Shown: piece after piece, positions 21,901 to 33,900 of the stretch
Layout: every line of letters starts with the position of its first letter
How positions within the stretch are numbered: position 1 is the first letter of the stretch
Assembly (NCBI GenBank): GCA_002633005.1
Contig: NMRA01000218.1
Span: 1 to 64,000, forward strand
Direction of reading: 5' to 3'
Source of the DNA: Phoronis australis
Taxonomy: Eukaryota > Animalia > Phoronida
Length of the DNA stretch: 64,000 nt
Program-made: the position numbers and the translations under genes
The notes under the pieces: generated by a model
What the model saw: only the letters and a program-made list of their open reading frames with translations
The model's database searches: none
Told to the model about the DNA's origin: nothing

Positions 21901-24900
21901 GAATATTTTGTCCCTCAAATATTTTGCTTGAGGCTACATGGTGGGAATTTCAGGCATCACCTAATTCACACACAGTCAGTTTTGCATGTCCTTCCAGTTG
22001 TCATAACGGGGTCATTTTGTCTGACTACTTTTAGCTAGTACAGAAGATGGCCCTGGTGAAATAACACCCATCCACAAGATAATGAGTAGACAGGTGTCTT
22101 TGTACCTTTTGTGGCACACAGGGCACACATGGCTCCCACGACAACACTCACTCCACTGATCAAGATTCTACACCACAACAAGGCATACTGTCCTGGGAAC
22201 AGTTTCTACAGCATGAGTGCAAACTTTAAAATATTGCAAAAACAGTAACCTAATTTAGGATAGTACTGATGCTACCTCTAAACTGCACTACACACATGTA
22301 CCTCAAGGCTTGAACCGACTGAATCACTTTCATAGATCACCTCCATAGCTATTTCTTTCACTCCACTTTTATCTAGCCCACTGTCAGGTTGTAATTAACT
22401 ATCTACTGTGGCCCATTATCCCCCAACTATACAGATAAGTTCTAGTACAATCAGACACTCAACCTGTTGATGTACATCTCTGGACCACTGTGTTAAACAT
22501 CTCAGGATAAACCTTATTGTGGTGTCACCAATTCACTTCTGTGCAATGGCTGTGTAAACATTCTGGATACAGTAAGTGTATTGACAGAGCTGGCATTTCC
22601 TTACATATGGTTTAAGAAGGTTTACAAGGTAGCTGGAGAAATTGATTATAAAAATTACAAGGAAGAGTGGAAGACCTTTACCACCATGAAGCTAAATTGG
22701 CAATCTGTTTATCTCAAGATTATTAGACAAGTGTGGTAGCCTGGTCATGTCCCCAAGGCCTGCTTAATCACTTTCAAATCTGAAGAAGTCATATAAGTAA
22801 ACAGGGCTACCTTACATACATTTATGCTTATGTCATGCTGAATGCAATTCAAAAGAAAAATTCTAAACCTTCCTAGCTGTAGACAGATTAATGGATAAGC
22901 CTCTCAGTGAGTTCTCCAGGCTAAAATTTTGGAAGTGTTAAGCAGTGTTCCGCTCATTGCTCATTATTTGCTAGGAACCAATCTCATATTGGTTCCTAGT
23001 TATTTTGAAGAGACGTCCCTGGGACAGGCTCAGCCATACTCAGGACAGTGTTTACTCACTTCCAAATCTAAAACAGTCATACATGTAAACATGGTTACCT
23101 TAAACATATACATAGGGTAATTCTAAACTCATGTGTTGTACTTTCATCTGCATAGTGAACGCACTGCACATCATCAAAGGCACATGGCACAGAGGCAAAT
23201 CACTTGCTCGATTGCCTACTAATATTAAAAAATACTGGTTTAGGCATCAGATACAGAAAGCAATTTGAATGTTTGTGAATTAAACTTATTAAGGTCAAAT
23301 CTGTTTAATTACTTTTCCTACATAGTTATTTTAAAGTAAAATCCCGTTGATTTGTGTCACAAGTTCAATCTTACTTTCTATTTTTCAAAAGGATAAGTAC
23401 CGTCAAATCAGTGCTATACTTCTGTACGGTAACTACCATCACACAATATTTTGATAAATTTCGAACATTCACAATAATGATAGAAACTCCTGAAAAAAGA
23501 AAAATGGACAGCTTGGGGTATCATTTATGTCTAAATTTGGCGAGATTTTTGCATTCTAGTATATGAATAATAAAGAGTGTTAACTAGCAAAACCTCACTG
23601 ACTTGCCTATTGTCTAACTCTAGTGTAATCTCATCACATTGAAAAATGAAGGCTTTAGTCACTGTAACTAGTTCACACTACAACAGTAAAGGCCCACAGA
23701 CATTCCACATTCCAAGGATAGTGAGAGGTTGAGTTTGAACGGGATCAATATGCTACATCCATCAGTCATAATTCCCGCCAACTCCAATGCCACAATTCTA
23801 AGTCATGTGGACAACTAAGTCACTAGACAAGCAGTTTAGATTTGTCCCGTCCATCAATAACCACTCAGAATAGTATATTTGCTGGCAACACACAAATAAA
23901 CTCTGATAACATTACTCTTCCTGGCCTTATCCAAACACTTTTAATGACAAATGTATTCCTATTTAGCCCAAGACTTGTGTTTGATTATTATCAAGACATT
24001 GAGTAAACAGGAAGGTGGTTATTTAAAGCCACTACAGCATTGGATATCCATCTGCAGGAAACCATGCAATTTAAAAAATAAAATCACGCCAGGATTTAAA
24101 ACGACAAAATGTGAAAGCATGGGCAAGTTAGTATTACTGCTCCATAGAATTGTTCATACAGCATAATGCAATATGTGACCGCAACCATGGCGACATCATC
24201 TGAACATAGCAATATAAATGAAATGAGACATTCCACAAGTTGATATTTACCAGTTATTGTATACACAGATGTCCATGCATCAGATGGGCAACAAATCCTG
24301 CCAAATGCATCTCGTACAACAAAACAATAGTTATCCACACAACACCCGTTACGCACATGCGTAATATTCACCAAAAGACAACGGCCCCAACATATAAGAA
24401 CTCTAAGTTAAACCTAGCCAGTGACCAAAATACAGCATCCACCACTGCAAACCCTCCAAGCTTCATGGCTATTTGCCAGGTTGCCCTGATAATGTAGTGG
24501 ATGGTGAAGGAGTTCAACAGACCACTGCATGGTCTGAGTTCCAGCCTTCTGGAGCCCATGCTACAGGAAGTCGGGATTAATTGGCTGCCCTGTCTCTGCT
24601 GATGCTGCATGGCTAATAAATACTGCCATCCACTGTTGATAACTGGGTAGGCAGTGTGTTTATGTTCACAGTCGGTTGGCATTCCAGTTCAATTAATTAC
24701 ATATCAGGATGTTTATTCCCTGCTCAAAACTAACATGGACCCTGCATACTGTATTCAGTTCATGACTTCTGAAGGTCAGTGGATTTTATTTACATAACTT
24801 TCCAACTCATAGACATAAATGATTATTGTCGACATTTTGGATTAATCAGTAAAATCAAGATGATCATTTTTGCATTTGGTCTGACTAATATTTATCCTTA

Positions 24901-27900
24901 AAATGTGAGCAAAGCAAAATGTGTTTCATCACATATCACATTCTCTCACCACAAATGTCTATGAAGTAAGGTAGAAAAGATGGACTATTAAGACACAACC
25001 AATAATATACAACTAAAAGACAAATGTATAGTCCCATAGGTGGACTTAGGGGGGGGGCAGGGGGCTCGGCCCCCCCCCCCTCCTTGGCTGCCGCAAAAAA
25101 ATAAAATGAAAGCCCGTTCAAAACTCTATCTAAAGTGGTATTTTGTCAAACACGATAACATTCATGTGACTAGCAAAAAATCAAATAGAGAGCATACAAT
25201 CAACTACAATAAAGAACAATAGATGGCGCAACATGACGGACGAGCCATGCTTTAAAGTAGGACAGTGCTGGCTGGGTCAGTCTGGGTCAACTAGGCATAA
25301 CCAAAACAAAGTGAACTGAAAGCCAGCCACTTGCGCGCTTGCACAGGGACAACGGTATCCGAAAATCTCGAATAATTCAAAAAGTAGACGTCGTAGCGCA
25401 AANNNNNNNNNNNNNNNNNNNNNNNNNNNNNNNNNNNNNNNNNNNNNNNNNNNNNNNNNNNNNNNNNNNNNNNNNNNNNNNNNNNGCCACGTCCAATATT
25501 TCCGCCATCTTTAACCGGAAGTCAACGATTTTCTGCACAATTGTAGCACATGCGTTCTAGTATATTCGTACCGATTTTCAGCCATGTAGGTCGAAAAATG
25601 CGGCCTCTACGAGTATTTGACTGTGAAATCGGATACAAAATGGCCGCCACGTCCGCCATTTTGTATCCGATCATGACCAAAAACAATAGCGTTCCAGTGA
25701 TTCCCGATCTACATGTTGTGTGCAAATTTCATGAAAATCGGACGAAAATTGCGACCTGTAGAGTGCGAACAAAAAAAAAAAAAAACTTGACGACAGAGCA
25801 ACATACTTGTACAAGTAATAAGAGCGTAGGGAAATGTTGAGTTTATTAATTAACCCCGGTAATTAAAATAATACGGATGAAAAAAAGGTTTAAAATGTGT
25901 GCAGTTTTAGTGTTGGAAGGGCTGGCTCAAATCCAATTTCAAGTGTCATATTTGGAACATGCCGCATTCGTAATGGAACTATGGCTAAGTATAGGCTCTC
26001 CCGCAATATCCCAGGCGACCGGCAGGTGGCGCTGCACACTACGACTCTGTTTCCGTTGTCTGCTCCACTGTGCAATGAAGAAAATTTACTTCATTTTTTA
26101 AAGAAAATGGAACCTGAGTGACGATGAAAAAACAGAAGCTGCTGGTAAGATGTGAATTTTAATCGAAGCCTTAGTGAATCACTCAGAAACTCACAATACT
26201 CTTTGTCAAACCTTATCTTAAGACGATTTCCAAAGCAATCCCGTCATTATTGCCAACATGAAAAACGGATTAATGGTCTTTTGGGCATTTGAAGACTATT
26301 TTAAATACGACAAATTTGTTAAGAATTGATGGCACAAAATATAAAACGTGTAATAAGCATTACAAAAAAAGTAGGTTTCGCGTGCAAACGCTGTGGACCA
26401 AAAACAAGTGGGTCTCTTAGTATGAGATTAGCAGTTAAGTGGTGGTGGTGTAGTGGTAACGCACCCCCCTCTATCCGCAAGGTCCTGAGTTCGAGTCTTT
26501 GGTAATGGTAGTTTTTTTCTGTTTGACACGTTCTCCGTGTTTTTTTTTTGTCTTTCTTTCTTGGATAATACTTCAGGAATCAAGGAAAATGCTTGATTTT
26601 TAGAGGTTAAAACAGAAAAATTTCCTCCCCCCATTCGGTGCTATGCGCATCTACAATCGTGGTTCAGTTTGCGCAAATGCTTACAGCCGGCCAAAATGTT
26701 GCCCCCCCCTAGTGATATCCTAGATCCGCCACTGAGTCCTGACACATTTAGTCAACTAATAGCTTCAGTTACGCCAGGGCAAATTCAAGAAAATAAATAC
26801 GAACAACAATAAATTTGCTGACAATATAACACGCAAAAACTACTGAACGATTTTTATCCATCAGTAAAAATACCTCCTACAAACTGAATTCATATTCGAT
26901 ACGTAGCGCCATCTATTCTAAAATAGCCAAAGAAGTTCACGTGCCCAATGAGCAGTCACATACGAATTGACTTACCTGTAATATGGCAAAATTTGTCAGG
27001 TGGTTGCAGTGAGCGACGGACTTGTTCCCAAACTGGGTCACAATCTTACAGCCTTGAGTTGACCAGTCACCCTTACCATCTAACAAAATATTACAGAATT
27101 ATGTACAGAAACATGCATAGCAGAAACAACAGTGTATGGTAAAATCTAACCAATTTTGGACAAAAATAGGTGTTAAAATAACCATTTTCAATTTTCAAGG
27201 TCTTCTAAAATTGTAGTGAATAGTCATAACATTTCAAAATATAGTCTGGTGGAACAGATTTTAACTTAAAAATTTTGAGCCTAGTCTTGAGGCTGGGGCA
27301 TAAAAAATAGATACCTTGATTTTCCGTTATCAAAAACTGAGAAATCTACTAGTTGAAACTATACAAAATTCCATGATTTTTCACTTTTGTACATTACCAA
27401 ACATTTGCTTCTCAAAACGCAGAAAAAGAATGAAGCGAATGAACAAATAGTTGAACATAACAAATGATAGTTGTCCAATGTATAGCAAAAATGGGTCTCA
27501 GATGATAAATTACATTCTTAATTTTTAATTATTAAAAAGCAAAAACAGAATTAAGGCAATTAATACTGAAATATGTGAATTCCATTAAAAATCTCTAATT
27601 ACATGAAAGAAGTCAAAGTCCTTGAATTTCATAAGTAAAGTCATACGTTATCGCAGAAAATCACGGTCTCCTGATATGGAATTTTCAATACAAAGACAGA
27701 TAGGATGTTCAATCTAAACAAAGTTAATACGCTTACAATGGCCGTTCACAAACTCTGCATCCTATCTGCTATCTAAGGAGTGAGAATGACAATCACGTGC
27801 AAACACCAAGGGTGAATCTGCTGTGATTTGATGAGAAGTGTTAAAAATGCAGCTCAGACATCTGATGAGCGTTCACATTTGAATTTTTTTCAGGTGTTGG

Positions 27901-30900
27901 ATCACATGTCGGATCTGCCTTGTGGCTCGATGGTATGAGAAGGCCATGTAAACCAGACCAGACACTGTAAATACTAAGGGCTGAAGATCAATTCTCGCAG
28001 CTTTTCGAAACAGAAAAAAAATCAAGGGGTAAGTTTCACTAATATTGTTTTAACTGATGGTAAAAATTTAACGATCAAAATGCATATTTTGAATACCTGT
28101 AGCACTGAGGGAGCTGACAAGCATGTTCTTACACAATTCAAACATTACAGTCTATAACTAATATTTCATTCTCTAAAAACGACTTTAAGTCCATTATTCA
28201 TCATCCGCTCCAAATTTCTAGGCTTTTCCACACCGTATGAATCATATAAACTATATCACATTGAGTGATTATTTGACATTGCCCAAATCGTATGGCAAAC
28301 ACCTACCATTAGCAGTATAATCCCAGAAAACAGATCTCAGGTTGGGTCCATCTTTTGATGTCTGCAGACTTACAATAACTGGATCGCTGAGATTGGACAC
28401 TGGAGACTCGGCTGAAGCAGAAATAAGACGTGTTTACTAAGTTGTGGAATGTTTGGTACCCATATATTGACGAAATGGCAAATCTTTCATGAGTAATATT
28501 CTCGACGTACACCCCATCTGATCATGCTAACTTAAATCTAAACGACAGTAGAGCTGCAGATGAAATCGACCAAAATTAGCATGAGGCATATCACTGTGAA
28601 ACTAACAAAACCTGGATCCCTCCTTTCAATAAGTCAAGAATCCACAAAGCACAACACACATATTAGGCGCAAATAATTGAAAAACACTAAACATTTCTTA
28701 TTTGTTTAATTACCACCATTGTTGATTGCCAATGATTGTTACAGTGTTCTCTAAGGAGGAAAGCGACCGTTTTAGGTGTAACCTTTAATAAAATTAAAGA
28801 TCCGTGGTTGTCTTGAAGACGTCATTCCATGCCAATAATTGTTCCCATGGCATGTATATCAATAGAAAGTGAAGTAAAGAATCCAGCAAAATGCTCACAT
28901 CTTGGTTCTGCATTCATGTACGTTCAGCAAAAATGGAAAATCAACACAGAATGTGCTCGAGANNNNNNNNNNNNNNNNNNNNNNNNNNNNNNNNNNNNNN
29001 NNNNNNNNNNNNNNNNNNNNNNNNNNNNNNNNNNNNNNNNNNNNNNNNNNNNNNNNNNNNNNNNNNNNNNNNNNNNNNNNNNNNNNNNNNNNNNNNNNNN
29101 NNNNNNNNNNNNNNNNNNNNNNNNNNNNNNNNNNNNNNNNNNNNNNNNNNNNNNNNNNNNNNNNNNNNNNNNNNNNNNNNNNNNNNNNNNNNNNNNNNNN
29201 NNNNNNNNNNNNNNNNNNNNNNNNNNNNNNNNNNNNNNNNNNNNNNNNNNNNNNNNNNNNNNNNNNNNNNNNNNNNNNNNNNNNNNNNNNNNNNNNNNNN
29301 NNNNNNNNNNNNNNNNNNNNNNNNNNNNNNNNNNNNGGGAGGGAGGGAGGGAGGGAGGGAGAGAGAGATGTATATTGAATATGCTCAATGGCAGTGAAAG
29401 CAGAATGAAGACATGGCTCTTGCTGGACCAATTACATTACCTCCTGTTACTGCACGGATAGTAAACACAACCAGGGCAACAGTAACTGATGAGGAAAAAT
29501 GTCTTTACAAGATAACCAAGGATCTAGATTTTTACTGAAGGCAACATAAAAAACGGTTGCTTTCCAATACACTTAAGTCTGACTCAACAATAAATCCTTG
29601 AAATGAATGGAAGTGGACACAACCTGCAACTAAAAACGTTGGCATTCTAAGATTGTTGATATATTTCTAGTATTGTTAAAAGCAATTAACTGGACATGAC
29701 TTACAAACTTTACAAGAGATCACACTAGACGAGACGAGAGACTTGACAGGTGACTTTGACCTTGACGTTATTGGAAATAGATTGCTGTTCTTGTACAAAA
29801 TGAAAAGAAGCCGGTATCTCTCATAATCACCGTCAATCTGATCAAAGATGGTATCAGGGATGTCAATTAAACCGGCCAATCCCTGCAAAGGAAGAAAATG
29901 TTGAAAAGGGTAAGTTACTTCAGATCACCACTGGAGATCATAGCACACCAACAGGTACTAACCACACACTGTAGATGTTAACTGTTCCCACTTAGTTGCA
30001 TGAGGAGGTACTTCCGTTTTCCAAAGGGTGGCAGTCATTTAAAGCGGCATTAAACCCGTGCTATAAAAACAAGTTTTGATTTAAACTGCTCACCACTATA
30101 AAATTGGTCTCCAATTTTGTCTTATTCAAATGAGGAATGATTTTTGGGTTACAGAAGAAATAACAGTTCTGAATAAATAACAAACTCAGAGATAACTTCT
30201 AAACAGATCAATTTTTAATGGTAAAAAGGCCAAATCAAAATTTTTTGGCAGGGTTTAACGTCACTTTAATTTCAAAAAAATATTTAACGGTGAATATGGA
30301 TATGTGCAAAGCAGTTTTTATGAAAGTTAAATTATCCTCTAAACAACAGTACACATCACGTTATATCCTCTCTAGAGGCCAGTACGAGTCACCTCACATC
30401 TTCTCTAGAGGGCAGCACGTGTCACATCACATCAGGCTTATTGTTATTGTTTTAAAAAAGTGTCACATTTTCCCCCGTCAATGGGTGGGAGCAGTACATC
30501 ACTGACCAGTGCCAATACTTTTCAATGCGATGATAGTATGAAGAATGGTTAGTGTTCAATCACTTTATTAATCTTGACCAAACATGCACGAGTCCACTTA
30601 AATGAAATGTTTGATGTAATGTCTGTTCTAATGCCAGTGCTCCAAGAACTAAACTTGTGATGAACTCTCAAGTCACTTTAAGCAACCGTTTCACAATATT
30701 TGTTGACTGATTCAAAAACTAATAAAATGAGTGTCTCTACAACCAACTCTCACTAAATGATGCATGAGTATTTATTGTATGCTGCAAAGTTCTGGAACTT
30801 TTCACCAATTCAAATTCGGAACTAACACTAGTCCTTCAATCTTGAGTGCAAGGAACTAAACTAAGTTAGGAACCAAAATCGTGTCATCACTAACAAAAAA

Positions 30901-33900
30901 GTTACAATAGAGACGTCAGGAATGTTTGACAATACCCACCTTTGTATTTTCTGACGCAGCTGACTGCGTTATGTTGTTATCGATGGGATTCTCAGAACAT
31001 ACAAACGTCTTTTCATTATACTTCTCTTTGACATTAGTCAGTCTAGAAGCTCGGCATGCCATGCCACGGAAAGTGGCAGCATTCACTTGACGTCCTTCTA
31101 GCGCTATGTTGTTGGCGTAGATGCGTACAGTTTTCTTCTGAGCCAGCAGCTGCACAGGAACCCTCTCCAATAACCTGGTCATTCTACAAAGACCAGCACA
31201 ACACTCTAAACACATAGCATTAATTGTACTCTAACTCTCCTGATTGAATAAAACCATACTCCAGTAAGTCAAGTTTTTTGCTCTGTATGACAATAAAATC
31301 ACAATCGTTGAGTTATACAGCGAGTCTCAAAATTATGGGACACATTTTAAATAAGAATAACTAAAAAACAGATGAAGTATTTAAATACTTCTTACAGGCA
31401 GCAAAGACAAGGTGTGGTAGTGTTTACTCAACTAGTGTTTGAAAATTACATTCATCAAATAGATGCCTCTGGCGCATGAACGCTCTTTTTGAGACAGCAA
31501 CCATTTCAGTACCTAACAAATCAGCTGGTACGCTAACAATCTCTCTATGAATGCTACCCTTAACTTCAGATGGTGTTTATGGTTCTTCTAAGCAGACTTT
31601 TTCTATTAAGTATCCTCACAAGAATATATTGAGTGGATCCAGGCCATAGATACAATTGAAAAACTAAGATTAACTGCTTCTTATACTTTTTAAACACCGT
31701 GAATTTGCAATGTTTACAATATTTCTCAGACAATTAAAAGCACAGAACAGTAACGGAATAAATCGAAGCCTAAAGACAGAATGGATAAAAAACTGTTACA
31801 TTGTACAAATTCTATCTTTGTTATATGCAAAGCACATCAGTTAAATTCCACAGAACATGCTGTTTCTTGATGATGACAATGATCACCACAATGGTGTCCT
31901 GAACAATCATTTTCTTATACTTCTCTACTGCCTTTGACACTGTTGCTCACCTTGTGCATGCACCGTCTTCAACTTGACTTTGATACAAAATGTCCCTGTC
32001 CACTTCCATCATGTCACTTACAACATCATACAGCAAGCTGCTTAACTATACAACGAATAAAATAAACATCTTGAATTAAACTAAAACAATGACCTTCATG
32101 TTCACTAAAAACCAAGATTACCTTTTTATTATACGCATATTACAAGAACAAAAGTTGAAATGCAAGCCACACCACACTATAATAATCAATTGCAGATTCC
32201 AAATGGTAAAATTTGAAAAGCTTGAAGGTAATTTATCAGAGTCCGCTGTATTTCACACAAATTCTAACATTAGAGACAAAGGCAGATACAGAGAGAAAAA
32301 GAGAGGGAGGGAGGGAGAGACGGAGGGGAATGAGAGAAAGGATGGGAAGGGTGATGGAGGGAGGGAGAGAGTTGGTTTTCCATTTCGTTAGCAATAACAC
32401 AAAAATTAACGGACACATTTACTACTGATTTTGTAGGCAAACGGCCAATCTCCACCATCTCATATGATGTAATTCTCTGTACAAACAGCATTGATTTTCC
32501 AATCATGTATCACTCCGGACAACTAATAAATGCATGTTTCAAGTCACTGGCAATTACCAGTGTTAACCGGTGTGTGTGTGTAATCAAGTGGCTCAATTTT
32601 ATATTAATTTTTATGTGTGAAAACCAGCATACAGCAAAACTTGCACAAGTCAGATCCAACCATGCTGAGAAAATTTACCCAAGTAAGGCAAGATTGGGCT
32701 CACCAAAAGGGTCAAGTGCAAGAAATAAAATAATCATACTGTTGAGCTTTGTTCAAATTCAGCTAAGATCTATCTTATGCAAGTTTTATTGTACTTAAAT
32801 TTATGACTATACCTGCTTGTGAACTTGAACAAAGGCACTGAATCGGTCCAGTATCCTTGACATGTACATCAAGTCAATCTTGTCGCCAATAGTGCGAGGA
32901 TTAGAAATGTACGTCTTCAGTCTCTGAGCCATTTTCAAAACATTGCTGACATTCAATGGTGCCTAAAAAATTTGACATTTTCACGTGAACGGTGTCTTAA
33001 AAACATAACTTAAATTATGCCCACAACACCATCTGTTTGATTTCAAAGCTTTGTTGAGGCCTTTCAAGTTGAGAAATCCCTGATAGCAGAGGAAGACATT
33101 TCCTAACTAAAACTTAGCAATATTTTCAGAAAGGGTGAATCTAAAGATGTTGCAAAGATAATAATGCCACATTTTTGATGCTCATTCAGGGGTGTAGTTC
33201 TAGCAAAAATGGTAGGAGTGCTGAACAATAATAACCCAAGACATAAATACGGCTACTAAGTGCTACAAAAAGATACTCTATTGTTGTAGAAATGAACCAC
33301 AATGTAAAATTTATTTTAATTTCATCTATGGCAGAAAAAGTAATTTTACTGAGCGGAGCATTTTCTGCTGGTTGAGAAAAAGTGTCCCCACCCCAATAGA
33401 CCCTGGTGTTCATTGATGGCTCAAACAGCTAACACAATTGGTAATAGGCCACAATTCTTTTATTGTATCTGCACCCATTTCCTTGTGCTTAAAAAACAGT
33501 TCAAAATGCACCTAAGCTTCTTTTATGGGCATTGAAGGGTGTCTCTTGTGCAAAGCTACACTTCTAACAAAACAATGCTTTGAGTGATTTTATCCATCTT
33601 TGCATTTTTTAGTTTATTACTTACTATAATCTGAAACTGTCGCATCCTCAAGCAATAGGTAAAATGAACGTGGCGGAAGTGAAACAAACAGAATATATTA
33701 AGCTGGCTAACAAAAAGTACAGTTTTGACTTCAACCAAGTTTAACTCATTGGTATGAATAAATTTTTACTTCACGAGTTTCAACTCCCAACTATTAGATG
33801 AATTGATGTCATAGATTAGGCGAAACACAATATATCATATGATGAAATGGTACAAAATGGCACCATAAAGGGTATGCTTCTATGGGTGTTTATTAGTATA

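Larger units (their letters stand above)
25035..26734. mobile_element. Non-autonomous DNA transposon (~1.7 kb) with 5-bp TSD (hAT5-like), containing nested insertions
   Basis: Termini cataggtggacttagg..ggggc and gcccccc..cctagatccgccactg; AGTCC directly flanks both ends (25030..25034, 26735..26739). Confidence 0.6.

Noticed and set aside
26075-26150. Possible transposase first-exon relic (MKKI-TSFF...|gtaag)
   Set aside because: Needs several frameshifts over a very short stretch
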